Origin: Eubacteriales bacterium | GTDB lineage: Bacteria; Bacillota; Clostridia; Oscillospirales; CAG-272 | Direction of reading: 5' to 3' | Assembly (NCBI GenBank): GCA_045638805.1 | Contig: JAZUBZ010000034.1 | Span: 7,458-71,457 of the forward strand | DNA: 64,000 nucleotides | Shown: one piece after another, positions 1 to 9,566 of the stretch | Numbering within the stretch: position 1 is the first letter of the stretch | Layout of the letters: every line of letters starts with the position of its first letter | Position numbers and translations under genes: made by a program | The notes under the pieces: model-generated | Seen by the model: only the letters and a program-made list of their open reading frames with translations | Told to the model about the DNA's origin: nothing | Database searches by the model: none

Positions 1-1
1 C

Positions 2-640
2 TTCTGGGATAACGCATACGCTGTACACGAGCTTTACGACGAGGATACACATCTTGCAAACATCTTTGATCTTGCAAAGGAATACGGTACTGAAGACAAC
101 ATCTTCTACTTTGCTTCCACATCCAAGATCACATTCCCCGGCTCCGGTATTGCTATCATGGCTGCAAGCGAGAAGAACATTGAGCACATCAAGCCCATCC
201 TTTCTTCTCAGACCATCGGTTACGATAAGATCAACCAGATGCGCCACGTTAAGTACTTCAAGGATGCAGACGGTATTCGCAACCACATGAAGCTTCATGC
301 TGATATTCTCCGTCCCAAGTTCGAGACTGTTGAAAAGACATTCGAAAAGCAGCTCGGCGGACTTGACGTAGCAAAGTGGAACCAGCCCCGCGGCGGTTAC
401 TTCATCAGCTACTACACAATGCCCGGCTGTGCAAAGAGAGTATATCAGCTTTGCAGAAGCGTAGGTGTAACCCTCACTCCCGCAGGTGCTACATATCCCT
501 ACGGACGTGACCCCGAGGACTCCAACCTCAGAATCGCACCCTCCTATCCTGAACTTTCCGAGCTTAAGCTCGCAACAAATATTCTCTGCACCTGCACAAA
601 GATCGCAGCTGCTGAAAAGCTCCTCGCTGAGATGGAGTGA
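2..640 (+). CDS. PLP-dependent aminotransferase (class I/II fold), C-terminal part; 5' end lies outside the window
   Basis: Frame 2 is open from the window edge (FWDNAYAVHELYDED...). It contains an ASTSKITFPG-type PLP-lysine motif and RIAPSYP near the C-terminus. The listed ORF 158..640 is only the part after an internal Met. Confidence 0.8.
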   Translation, partial: FWDNAYAVHELYDEDTHLANIFDLAKEYGTEDNIFYFASTSKITFPGSGIAIMAASEKNIEHIKPILSSQTIGYDKINQMRHVKYFKDADGIRNHMKLHADILRPKFETVEKTFEKQLGGLDVAKWNQPRGGYFISYYTMPGCAKRVYQLCRSVGVTLTPAGATYPYGRDPEDSNLRIAPSYPELSELKLATNILCTCTKIAAAEKLLAEME

Positions 641-646
641 TATTAA

Positions 647-683
647 AGTTCCGCCATCTTAACGATGGCGGAACTTTGTTTTT
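647..683 (+). terminator. Rho-independent terminator after the aminotransferase gene
   Basis: Perfect 12-bp stem AGTTCCGCCATC / GATGGCGGAACT, loop TTAAC, followed by TTGTTTTT. Confidence 0.8.
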
Positions 684-695
684 AGGAGGTATAAA

Positions 696-1469
696 GTGAA
701 GGCTAATTATCACACTCACTCGAAATACTGCGGTCACGCTTCAGGTGAAGCGGAGGAATACGTTCTTCGCGCAATTGAACGCGGACTTGACACCATTGGA
801 TTTGCATGCCACGTGCCGTATTCTTTTAATAACGGATACGTATCGGGCTTCAGAATACAGCCTGAGGATCACGAAAAATATATAAATGACGTGCTTGCTT
901 GCCGTGAAAAGTACGGTGACAGAATAAAAATTTTTCTCGGATATGAGGCTGAGTATTATCCCCGTCATTTCGATGATATGCTTGAAAACATAAGAAAATA
1001 TCCCGTGGATTATATCATACTCGGTCAGCATGAAAGTGATAACGAGTATGACGGTGTTTCAAACCACACTCCAGCGGTAAGCATCGAAAGAGTGAAAAAA
1101 TATGCAGATACCCTTATCCGCGCTATGGAAACGGGACTTTTCACATACGTTGCCCACCCGGATCTTCTTTCATACGAAGGGGATGAGGAAGAATATCTTT
1201 CCGAAATGAAGAGAGTTATCGAAAAAGCAATAGAAACGGACACGCCCCTCGAACTTAATCTTCTTGGACTTTGTGACGGCAGACCCTATCCAAAAAACTG
1301 CTTTTTCGATCTGGTAGGAAAGATGGGATGCCCCGTTATCGTCGGTTGTGATGCTCACTCCCCCGATAAGGTGGCTAATCAAAACGATCTGGAAATGGCA
1401 GAACGGTTCATAAAACGCCACGGGCTTTGCGTGAGAGAATATGCGTCTCTCAGAAAGGTACAGTTGTAA
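696..1469 (+). CDS. PHP-domain phosphatase, HisJ (histidinol-phosphatase) family, paralog 1
   Basis: GTG start 8 nt after the AGGAGG RBS. N-terminal NYHTHSKYCGH metal-binding motif, internal AHPD and C-terminal GCDAHSP motifs typical of PHP/HisJ enzymes. Confidence 0.8.
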   Translation: MKANYHTHSKYCGHASGEAEEYVLRAIERGLDTIGFACHVPYSFNNGYVSGFRIQPEDHEKYINDVLACREKYGDRIKIFLGYEAEYYPRHFDDMLENIRKYPVDYIILGQHESDNEYDGVSNHTPAVSIERVKKYADTLIRAMETGLFTYVAHPDLLSYEGDEEEYLSEMKRVIEKAIETDTPLELNLLGLCDGRPYPKNCFFDLVGKMGCPVIVGCDAHSPDKVANQNDLEMAERFIKRHGLCVREYASLRKVQL

Positions 1470-1470
1470 T

Positions 1471-2253
1471 ATGAATAAATTCAGAAAAAATTATCACACC
1501 CACACGGCTCTTTGTAATCACGCAAGCGGAACTATAAGAGATTATGTGGAAGCGGCACTTGAAAGAGGATTTGAAACGATAGGCTTTTCATGCCACGCTC
1601 CCTATCCCTTTGAATTGAAAAATTACAGTTCATGGTACAGAATGACTCCCGCTCAGCACGACGTATACGCTGCAGAGATCCTCGCTCTTAAGGAAGAATA
1701 CAAGGATAAGATAGAGGTCCTTCTCGGATACGAGGTGGAGTATTACCCCGCGCTGTGGAACGAGCTTTTAGCTGAATTGAGGCGTTACCCCTGCGACTAC
1801 ATAATTCAGGGTCAGCATTTTTACAACAACGAGTACGACGGTAATTACGCAGGCGACTGTGTTGACGACGTACGCAGTGTGAAGGGATACGCCCGTATCC
1901 TTTGCGAAGGTATGAAAACGGGACTTTATACATACGTAGCCCACCCTGATCTTAACAACTATGGAGGGGATATCGACGAATACTGTGATGCTATGAAGAG
2001 CGTATGTGAAGTGTCTCTTGAGACAGACACACCTCTTGAGATAAATCTTCTCGGAATCAGAGGCAGACGCCCCTACCCTAAGGACGAGTTTTGGAAGATG
2101 GTGGGTCGCTACGGCTGTAAGGTAGTATTCGGAAGTGATGCTCACTCTCCCGCAGAGCTTCTATGCACGGAGGATTTCGACCGTGCCATGGAAATGGTAT
2201 CAAAATACGGTCTTAATTATATTGAGGAAGTACCTCTCAGGAGTATATTCTGA
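1471..2253 (+). CDS. PHP-domain phosphatase, HisJ family, paralog 2
   Basis: The ATG at 1471 (MNKFRKNYHTHTALCNH) lies 1 nt after the paralog 1 stop. Same HTH..C.H, AHPD and GSDAHSP motifs. The upstream Met of the listed ORF (1441) overlaps the previous gene and is less likely. Confidence 0.8.
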   Translation: MNKFRKNYHTHTALCNHASGTIRDYVEAALERGFETIGFSCHAPYPFELKNYSSWYRMTPAQHDVYAAEILALKEEYKDKIEVLLGYEVEYYPALWNELLAELRRYPCDYIIQGQHFYNNEYDGNYAGDCVDDVRSVKGYARILCEGMKTGLYTYVAHPDLNNYGGDIDEYCDAMKSVCEVSLETDTPLEINLLGIRGRRPYPKDEFWKMVGRYGCKVVFGSDAHSPAELLCTEDFDRAMEMVSKYGLNYIEEVPLRSIF

Positions 2254-2254
2254 T

Positions 2255-3034
2255 ATGGAAAAGCTTCTCGGACGGAATTTTCACACCCACACAAAATACT
2301 GCGGCCATGCAGAGGGTGAGGTGGAGGAATACGTAAGATGCGCTATTGAAGCGGGATTTGATACCGTCGGATTTTCCTGCCACGCGCCCTACGTTTTTAA
2401 TAACGGGTACGTGTCGGGACTGAGAATGAGCTGTGAAGATAAGAAAAAATACGTTTCTGACGTGATTTCCGCGCGAGAAAAGTTCGCGGGGCAGATAGAC
2501 GTAAAACTAGGCTACGAATGCGAGTATTATCCCGCGCATTTCAGCGATACGCTGAAATTTCTGACAGCCACGCCCTGCGATTATCTTATCCTCGGTCAGC
2601 ATTTTTACGGTAACGAATACGATGACGACCATATCGCGGCGGAGGAGGGACCTATACACCTTGCCGACTACGTTAAACAGACTTCGGAAGCAATGCGCAC
2701 GGGACTTTTTACATATTTTGCACATCCCGATACCAACGAGTTTTTAGGCTCAGATGAAGAGTACCTTGAAGCAATGAGAGGTATATGTGAAGCTTCCCTT
2801 GAAACGGACACACCCCTTGAAATTAATCTTCTGGGGCTGAGACAGGGAAGACGTTATCCAAAGGAGCATTTTTGGCGTCTTGTGGGTGAGGTAGGCTGTA
2901 AGGTTGTGGTGGGATGTGACGCACACTCTCCCCGTGATCTTCTCTACGGTGATGATTTCAAACGTGCCATGGAGATGGTTGAAAAGTATGGGTTAAACTA
3001 TACCGATGACATAAAGCTAAAAAAATTAAAGTAA
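2255..3034 (+). CDS. PHP-domain phosphatase, HisJ family, paralog 3
   Basis: The ATG at 2255 (MEKLLGRNFHTHTKYCGH) lies 1 nt after the paralog 2 stop. Same motif set (AHPD, GCDAHSP). The listed ORF start at 2135 overlaps paralog 2. Confidence 0.8.
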   Translation: MEKLLGRNFHTHTKYCGHAEGEVEEYVRCAIEAGFDTVGFSCHAPYVFNNGYVSGLRMSCEDKKKYVSDVISAREKFAGQIDVKLGYECEYYPAHFSDTLKFLTATPCDYLILGQHFYGNEYDDDHIAAEEGPIHLADYVKQTSEAMRTGLFTYFAHPDTNEFLGSDEEYLEAMRGICEASLETDTPLEINLLGLRQGRRYPKEHFWRLVGEVGCKVVVGCDAHSPRDLLYGDDFKRAMEMVEKYGLNYTDDIKLKKLK

Positions 3035-3044
3035 GGAAAAAGAC

Positions 3045-4340
3045 ATGAACATTTCAAAGAAAATAAGAGAGATCGCGGCAAGAGCTGAAGCAGAGCTTGC
3101 GCCCATATTCGCTGATATAGACAGTATTGCACTTGACAACACGGAGCACGTGCTGAACGTTTTCCGTGAAAACAGAGTATCCGAGGCGTATTTTGCACCC
3201 AGCACCGGCTACGGCTACGGTGACGTAGGACGCGATGCCATCGACCGCATCTGCGCTCAGGTGTTCAGAGCGGAATCAGGTTTTATGAGACACGATTTCG
3301 TGTCCGGTACACACGCGCTTACCGTGGGACTTTTCGCGCTTCTCCGTCCGGGAGACACTATGCTTTCCGCAACGGGTCTTCCTTACGACACCATGCTTGA
3401 GGTGGTTGGCATCGACGAGAAGGGTGAGAAAAAGTGCGACGGCACAGGCTCTCTTGCGGATTTCGGAGTAAATTACCGTCACGTAGAAATGACTGCGACG
3501 GGAGTGGACATTCCCGCTCTCGTGAGTGAAGTTAAAAACGATCTCAAAATAAAGATCGTTTATATCCAGCGTTCAAAGGGATATCTTTGCCGTCCCACAC
3601 TTACAACCGCACAGATCCGAGAAGTGGCAGAGGCTGTCAAGGCAGCATCTGCAGAGGCTGGACGCGAGGCTCCCTTCGTTGTAGTAGACAACTGCTACGG
3701 TGAGTTCACCGAGCTGTATGAGCCTTGCTACACGGGTGACGGAAAGGCGGGTGCCGATATGATAATCGGTTCTCTTATTAAGAATCCCGGCGGTGGTATG
3801 GCAGACTGCGGCGGATATATCGCGGGAAGCGAGCGTGCAGTTGAGCTTGCGGGATACCGTCTCTGCTGTCCCGGAGTGGGTCTTGAGGCAGGCGCGTCCC
3901 TCGGACAGAACAGAAATATCCTTCGCGGACTTTTCCTCGCCCCCCACGTTGTGGCTCAGGCAATGAAAACGTCCCACCTTGCGGCGTATATTTTTGACGA
4001 CCTTGGTTACAAGGTAAGCCCCGGCCCCTTCGAGAGAAGAAGCGATATCATCCAGACCATTGAATGTGCTACGGGCGAGGGTCTTATAAACTTCTGCCGC
4101 GGTATTCAGTCGGCGTCCCCCGTTGACGCACACGTAACACCCATGCCCTGGGCGATGCCCGGCTATGCGGACGAGGTCATCATGGCTGCGGGAGCATTTG
4201 TCGGCGGCTCATCTATCGAGCTGTCCGCAGACGGACCTATGAGAGAGCCTTTTACTGCATTCCTTCAGGGTGGTATGACATACGAAGCAGGTAAGCTTGG
4301 CGTAATGTGCGCGGCAAGCGAGCTTATAGCTGAAAACTAA
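3045..4340 (+). CDS. YnbB-like / aluminium-resistance family protein (Cys/Met-metabolism PLP enzyme-like, Met_gamma_lyase family)
   Basis: 431 aa. The N-terminal pattern ...NVFRENRVSEAYFAPSTGYGYGDVGRD... and overall length match the YnbB family as I remember it. The start is 10 nt after the PHP paralog 3 stop. Confidence 0.7.
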   Translation: MNISKKIREIAARAEAELAPIFADIDSIALDNTEHVLNVFRENRVSEAYFAPSTGYGYGDVGRDAIDRICAQVFRAESGFMRHDFVSGTHALTVGLFALLRPGDTMLSATGLPYDTMLEVVGIDEKGEKKCDGTGSLADFGVNYRHVEMTATGVDIPALVSEVKNDLKIKIVYIQRSKGYLCRPTLTTAQIREVAEAVKAASAEAGREAPFVVVDNCYGEFTELYEPCYTGDGKAGADMIIGSLIKNPGGGMADCGGYIAGSERAVELAGYRLCCPGVGLEAGASLGQNRNILRGLFLAPHVVAQAMKTSHLAAYIFDDLGYKVSPGPFERRSDIIQTIECATGEGLINFCRGIQSASPVDAHVTPMPWAMPGYADEVIMAAGAFVGGSSIELSADGPMREPFTAFLQGGMTYEAGKLGVMCAASELIAEN

Positions 4341-4351
4341 AGGTTTTGGAT

Positions 4352-6778
4352 ATGGGAATACTTGATTATTTAAAAGATAATTTACTTTTTCTCGACGGAG
4401 GAATGGGAACTCTCCTTCAAAAGCGCGGACTTGCGGCGGGGGAGCTTCCCGAGGTGTGGAATATCACTCACCCCGACGTGATAGAAAGTATTCATCTCGA
4501 ATATTTTAACAGCGGAAGTAACGTTGTTTCAGCAAACACATTCGGTGCAAACAGTCTGAAGTTTTCGATTGATGTGCTTGACGAAATCGTCCGCGCGGCT
4601 GTAGCAAACGCGAGACGTGCGGCTGAAAAGACGTCAAATAAAGCTGAAAAATTCGTCGCTCTCGACATAGGTCCCACGGGGCATCTATTAAAACCGTACG
4701 GAGACTTAGATTTTGAAGAAGCCGTAGAAATATTCGCATCTACCGTAAAGCTTGGCGTAAAATACGGAGTTGACCTTATCTTCATCGAAACCATGAACGA
4801 TCTTGCGGAGACAAAGGCAGCGCTCCTTGCGGCGAAGGAAAATTCAACTTTGCCCGTATTCGTTTCAAACGCATATAGCGAAAACGGATGCCTTATGACG
4901 GGTGCTTCCCCCGAGGCGGTGTGCGCTACCCTTGAGGGTATGGGAGCCGATGCCATCGGCGTAAACTGCTCATTCGGTCCCGAGCAGCTTTCTCCCATAG
5001 TGGAAAAGCTTCTTGAGGTAGCATCTGTCCCCGTTATTTTGAAGCCTAACGCGGGTCTGCCATGCGTTTCCTGCGGCGAAACGCACTACAGCACCACTCC
5101 TGCAGATTTTGCACGTGAAGTTAGCAGACTTGTAAAACTTGGTGTACGTATTGCAGGTGGGTGCTGCGGTACTACTCCCGAATATATTAAGGCTCTCACC
5201 GATGCTTGTGCTGGAATATCCCCCGTGCCCGTAACGGATAAAAACATCACGTGGGTGTCATCCTATACCCATGCGGTGAAGCTTGAGGAAAAGCCTCTGC
5301 TTATTGGCGAGAGGATAAATCCCACGGGTAAAAAGAAGCTTAAAGAGGCACTGCGCGAGCATAATATGGAATACATCCTCTCCGAGGCTCTGTCTCAGAA
5401 GGATAAAGGTGTACATATCTTAGACGTAAACGCTGGTCTTCCCGATATAGATGAAGAAAAACTTCTCACCGAGGCTGTCTGTGAGATACAGGCTGTGTGT
5501 GACCTGCCCCTTCAGCTTGATACGTCAAACGAGGAGGCAATGGAAAAAGCCCTCCGACGTTACGTGGGTTGTCCCATGATAAATTCCGTAAACGGCAAAG
5601 AGGAATCAATGAAGAAAATTTTCCCCATTGCTAAAAAGTACGGCGGTGTTATAGTTGCTCTTACCCTTGATGAAAGCGGAATTCCTCAAACTGCTGACGA
5701 AAGGGTAAAGATCGCTGAAAAAATACTCCGTACAGCTTCGGAATACGGAATACCAAAAAAGAATATCGTATTTGATACACTTGCCATGACCGTCAGCGCG
5801 GATACGAGTGCGGCTATGGTTACTCTTGACGCTCTGAACAGAATAAAGCGTGAGCTTGGATGCCACACGGTACTTGGCGTATCAAACGTATCTTTCGGTC
5901 TGCCTTGCCGCGATACCGTGAACAGCTATTTCTTCACCTCCGCGATGGAAAGAGGACTTTCTGCGGCGATCATGAATCCTTATTCAGAGGACATGATGAG
6001 AGCGTATTACTCTTACCTTACTCTCCACGGATTTGATCCCATGTGCGAGGGGTATATCTCATTCATGGCTGATAAGACGGTTTCCACAGAAACAGGGAAA
6101 ACTCCCGCTGTGCCTGTTGAAAACTCTGAAAAGGGTACTGAAAACTCGTCGGAAATGACGGTTTACAGCGCGGTTTTGAAGGGAATTCGCGAGTCTGCGG
6201 CTGAGCTTACAAGAAAGAAACTTGACACTGTTCCTCCACTTACCATAGTAAAAGAGGACATAATCCCCGCTCTTGACGAGATTGGAAGGGGTTTTGAGGC
6301 TAAAAAGGTGTATTTGCCCTCCCTTCTCATGAGTGCGGAGGCAGCGAAGTGTGCTTTTGAGGAAATAAAGGCGAAGTTTTCAACAGAGGGTGTTGAAAAC
6401 TCTGTGAAATGCGATTTCGTTTTAGCCACCGTCAAGGGAGACATACACGATATCGGAAAGAATATCGTAAAGCTTCTGCTTGAAAATTACGGCTACAGAG
6501 TGCATGACTTAGGACGTGACGTACCCACTTCCGTGATAGTTGATAAGGTAGTTGAAACTAAGGCGCCTCTTGTGGGTCTCAGCGCCCTGATGACCACCAC
6601 GGTCGGTGCCATGGAGGAAACAATACGTGAGCTTCGCGCATGTGCGCCATGGTGTAAAGTTGTCGTTGGCGGTGCGGTGCTTACCGAGGAATATGCATCG
6701 TCAATTGGAGCTGACAAATATGCCGCCGACGCCATGGAGACCGTCCGCTACGCGGAGAGCGTTATGGAAGCGTTATAA
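4352..6778 (+). CDS. metH: Cobalamin-dependent methionine synthase, short form (Hcy-methyltransferase + pterin-binding + B12-binding domains, no C-terminal reactivation domain)
   Basis: N-terminal homocysteine S-methyltransferase motifs (DGGMGT, GGCCGTTPE), a central pterin-binding region, and the C-terminal B12 motif GDIHDIGKN. I prefer the ATG at 4352 over the listed TTG at 4346 because of RBS spacing. Confidence 0.85.
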   Translation: MGILDYLKDNLLFLDGGMGTLLQKRGLAAGELPEVWNITHPDVIESIHLEYFNSGSNVVSANTFGANSLKFSIDVLDEIVRAAVANARRAAEKTSNKAEKFVALDIGPTGHLLKPYGDLDFEEAVEIFASTVKLGVKYGVDLIFIETMNDLAETKAALLAAKENSTLPVFVSNAYSENGCLMTGASPEAVCATLEGMGADAIGVNCSFGPEQLSPIVEKLLEVASVPVILKPNAGLPCVSCGETHYSTTPADFAREVSRLVKLGVRIAGGCCGTTPEYIKALTDACAGISPVPVTDKNITWVSSYTHAVKLEEKPLLIGERINPTGKKKLKEALREHNMEYILSEALSQKDKGVHILDVNAGLPDIDEEKLLTEAVCEIQAVCDLPLQLDTSNEEAMEKALRRYVGCPMINSVNGKEESMKKIFPIAKKYGGVIVALTLDESGIPQTADERVKIAEKILRTASEYGIPKKNIVFDTLAMTVSADTSAAMVTLDALNRIKRELGCHTVLGVSNVSFGLPCRDTVNSYFFTSAMERGLSAAIMNPYSEDMMRAYYSYLTLHGFDPMCEGYISFMADKTVSTETGKTPAVPVENSEKGTENSSEMTVYSAVLKGIRESAAELTRKKLDTVPPLTIVKEDIIPALDEIGRGFEAKKVYLPSLLMSAEAAKCAFEEIKAKFSTEGVENSVKCDFVLATVKGDIHDIGKNIVKLLLENYGYRVHDLGRDVPTSVIVDKVVETKAPLVGLSALMTTTVGAMEETIRELRACAPWCKVVVGGAVLTEEYASSIGADKYAADAMETVRYAESVMEAL

Positions 6779-6885
6779 GTGTAAATAGTCTGTGTTTTAC
6801 ATATGCGTTTCAAACAAACTTTACGGAAACGTACGCTTTGCAATAACATCACAGTGATAAATTCGAATGTAAAAGAGGTGTTTTT

Positions 6886-7443
6886 ATGAAAAAGATAATA
6901 CCATTGATACTTACTGTTGTATTGATGATTTTCTGCTTTGTGAGTTGTAATGATACCATACTTTACGAAGAAAGGGAAAGTGATGCTTCTTTTAATGGTA
7001 GCTCTTCCACTGAAAAAGTGCCGGATGATTTTTCTTTTTCTATTGTATGGGGAACGTTCGGTATCAGTTCATATGACAGTGAGACAGGAAGACTTATCAA
7101 AACGACTGAGGCAACAAATCCCGACGACTATGTTACCACACATATTTTGTCGGGTGAAGAATTGAAGAGCATCTACCGTATAATTAAAGAATTGAATTTT
7201 GAAATTATTGATGAATTTGGTCCTGACGATTTCAACGGCTCGGATCCTCATTTAAGCCTGAGCTTAACTGTCAAAACAAACGGTCTGAATAAAACGATCA
7301 AAGTTAAAGAAGCTGCAAGCTACGATTCTGCCAATACACCGAATGGAAAGAATTTTTTAGAGGCGGTGAAAGCCATCAAAGATATACTTGAAAATACCCA
7401 AGAGTGGAAGGCTTTACCCGATTATGAATTTTACTATCAATAA
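6886..7443 (+). CDS. Hypothetical lipoprotein
   Basis: Signal peptide with lipobox-like FVSC (MKKIIPLILTVVLMIFCFVSCND) and a good RBS (AGAGGTG). No family recognised. Confidence 0.6.
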   Translation: MKKIIPLILTVVLMIFCFVSCNDTILYEERESDASFNGSSSTEKVPDDFSFSIVWGTFGISSYDSETGRLIKTTEATNPDDYVTTHILSGEELKSIYRIIKELNFEIIDEFGPDDFNGSDPHLSLSLTVKTNGLNKTIKVKEAASYDSANTPNGKNFLEAVKAIKDILENTQEWKALPDYEFYYQ

Positions 7444-7529
7444 ACATAAGTACGATTGTTTGGTGGATGACACAAAAAATAATTCTCCATTTTCAATTTT
7501 CAATTTTCAACTCCCCCGCCTATTCTCTA

Positions 7530-7559
7530 TTGACTTGACACAATTTATTGTGGTATAAT
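7530..7559 (+). promoter_or_regulatory. Sigma-70-type promoter candidate upstream of the thuA-like gene
   Basis: TTGACT (7530-7535), 18-nt spacing to the TATAAT hexamer (7554-7559), which is part of an extended -10 TGGTATAAT (7551-7559). Confidence 0.5.
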
Positions 7560-7631
7560 AGAGTGAATAGTTGTGAAGACACCGTGGACATGCGGTATTT
7601 CATAAAAACCATATATGAAAGGATTACTAAT

Positions 7632-8393
7632 ATGGAAAACAAGAAGATCAGAGTAACAGTCTGGAACGAATTCAGACATGAAAAGCACGAGGGTAGTAAG
7701 GCTCAGGAGCTTTACCCCAACGGTATCCACGCAAAGATCAAGTCCTTCCTTGACGAGTGCGACGACCTTGAGGTTCGTATCGCCAGCCTCGACGATCCCG
7801 ATCAGGGTATTCCGGACGAAGTGCTTGACAACACAGACGTTCTTATGTGGTGGGGTCACTGCCATCACGATGCAGTAAGAGACGACAGAGTTGAGTACAT
7901 CAGACGCAGAGTTTACACAGGCGGTATGGGCTTTGTTGCTTGCCACTCCGCACATGAGTCCAAGCCCTTCAAGGCTATCGTTGGTACAAGCGGCCGCCTC
8001 TCTTGGGGTGACGAGTATCCCGAGATCATGTGGAACTTAAAGCCTTCTCACCCCATCGCTCAGGGTATCCCGGATCATTTCGATCTCGAGCTTGAGGAGC
8101 TTTATGCAGAGCCCTTCTACATTCCGGATCCCGATGATCTCATCTTTGCTGCATGGTATCCTACCGGTCACATCTTCCGCGCAGGTGCTACATACACACG
8201 CGGTATGGGTAGAATCTTCTACTTCCAGCCCGGTCATGAGGTTTGCCCCTCCTTCTACAACCCCTACGTTCAGCAGATCCTCAAGAACGGTGTTCACTGG
8301 TGCGCTCCCACAAAGCCCGGCTACGAGGTTAAGGAAGAGTGTCCTTACATCGGTCCCTGCTACGCAGGCTACAAGAAGGCTGACGAAGAGTAA
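7632..8393 (+). CDS. ThuA-domain (trehalose-utilisation-like) protein
   Basis: MENKKIRVTVWNEFRHEK..., ...VLMWWGHCHHD..., FVACHSAH and YFQPGHE are the ThuA-family signatures as I recall them. I prefer the ATG at 7632 over the listed TTG at 7548, which overlaps the promoter. Confidence 0.7.
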   Translation: MENKKIRVTVWNEFRHEKHEGSKAQELYPNGIHAKIKSFLDECDDLEVRIASLDDPDQGIPDEVLDNTDVLMWWGHCHHDAVRDDRVEYIRRRVYTGGMGFVACHSAHESKPFKAIVGTSGRLSWGDEYPEIMWNLKPSHPIAQGIPDHFDLELEELYAEPFYIPDPDDLIFAAWYPTGHIFRAGATYTRGMGRIFYFQPGHEVCPSFYNPYVQQILKNGVHWCAPTKPGYEVKEECPYIGPCYAGYKKADEE

Positions 8394-8396
8394 GCC

Positions 8397-8927
8397 GTGT
8401 CATCCATGATTGAAAAGCTTCCCACAGACGGTGAGGAAAGAAAATTAAAGATCGAATCCGTTATTACCGCATATGAGATCCCCGACGGGCCTGCCGGTAC
8501 CGATATGGGAGACTATGAGGAAGATATGTTCCGCGGTGTGGGAGATGACGGGGAAGGTACACAGAAGCTTGAGATCGTGACTCCTGCTGCGGTTTCTGAG
8601 AAAAACGGCAGAGTAACGATAACTTATGACGACAGCGAGATCCTCGGGAATCCCAAGTCCGTCACTCAGGTGACTTTCACGCTTGACGAGCCTCACGTTG
8701 TTACCGTTATAAGAAGCGGTGCCTTCAGCAGTATGTTTATCGTCGAAGAGGGAAGACATAATTCGGGTGAATATAAGATGGGACCCTATGTCCTGCCCGT
8801 TGCCGTATACGGCAGGAGGGTGAAAAACTCAGTTGTGGGCGGTGTTGGTACTATCGAGCTTGATTTTACCGTTGAGCTGAGTGGCTCCGATACACAGCGT
8901 ACCCGAATGAAATTTACACTTTCATAA
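8397..8927 (+). CDS. DUF1934-like beta-barrel protein (YwiB-like)
   Basis: The pattern of alternating beta-strand segments with ...NGRVTITYDD..., ...VTVIRSG..., ...IELDFTVEL...MKFTL resembles DUF1934. GTG start 3 nt after the thuA stop. Confidence 0.5.
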   Translation: MSSMIEKLPTDGEERKLKIESVITAYEIPDGPAGTDMGDYEEDMFRGVGDDGEGTQKLEIVTPAAVSEKNGRVTITYDDSEILGNPKSVTQVTFTLDEPHVVTVIRSGAFSSMFIVEEGRHNSGEYKMGPYVLPVAVYGRRVKNSVVGGVGTIELDFTVELSGSDTQRTRMKFTLS

Positions 8928-8932
8928 AAAAT

Positions 8933-8967
8933 GCGTCAGGCGGAGGCTGAAGCCTTCGTCTGACGCC
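8933..8967 (+). terminator. Hairpin after the DUF1934 gene (weak terminator)
   Basis: GCGTCAGGCGGAGGC ... GCCTTCGTCTGACGC, a 15-bp stem that includes 2 G-U pairs. The T-tail is poor. Confidence 0.45.
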
Positions 8968-8995
8968 CAAATTTAAAAGAAGAAGGCGTGGTATT

Positions 8996-9541
8996 ATGTT
9001 TGGTGAATTAACTTATTATTTACCTATCGTTATCAGAATAGGTGCGGTTGTCATGGTCTGCGCCATCCTTTGCGATTATTTCAAAAGAAAATGGGCAAAT
9101 GCTTTAGTATCAGCCCTGAAGTCTGCGGGTGCTGAATCTATCGGTACTGCAGTTGGTACGGACGAGCTTGAAAAAAGTATCAAGAATGTCCGACTTATAA
9201 TTAGAATATTACTTTCAAGTGAAATGAGCTCTCTCAGACGTGTTGTCAAATGCGTTTCGATGGAGAGCGATGATACAAAAAACGGTAAAAAACGCTTTAC
9301 AAAGCTTACGGGAAGTGAAAAATGGTATTTTAAACAACCCGAGCTTACAGGGGATGACGAAGAAAACAAAAAGCCCGCTTATTCAATGCCTTACGTGCTT
9401 AGAGACGGCGGAGAAAGATCAACGGCGAAGTTAGTGATCGGTATAGTAGTCGTTATCCTCTTTACAGAGCTTATCATATATTTTCTGCCTCAGATAGTAT
9501 CGTTTTTCGCCGGAGTTTCAAGCTTCGGAAACGATCAATGA
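8996..9541 (+). CDS. Hypothetical membrane protein
   Basis: Hydrophobic N-terminal and C-terminal segments (LPIVIRIGAVVMVCAIL; LVIGIVVVILFTELIIYFL). No family recognised. Confidence 0.55.
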   Translation: MFGELTYYLPIVIRIGAVVMVCAILCDYFKRKWANALVSALKSAGAESIGTAVGTDELEKSIKNVRLIIRILLSSEMSSLRRVVKCVSMESDDTKNGKKRFTKLTGSEKWYFKQPELTGDDEENKKPAYSMPYVLRDGGERSTAKLVIGIVVVILFTELIIYFLPQIVSFFAGVSSFGNDQ

Positions 9542-9566
9542 TCCCGCTTTATGAAAGGTTAAAGTT

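Noticed and set aside
7489-7512. TTTTCAA x3 tandem repeat upstream of the thuA-like promoter
   Set aside because: It is very short and AT-rich. It may act as an UP-element-like tract, but there is no evidence for anything more specific.
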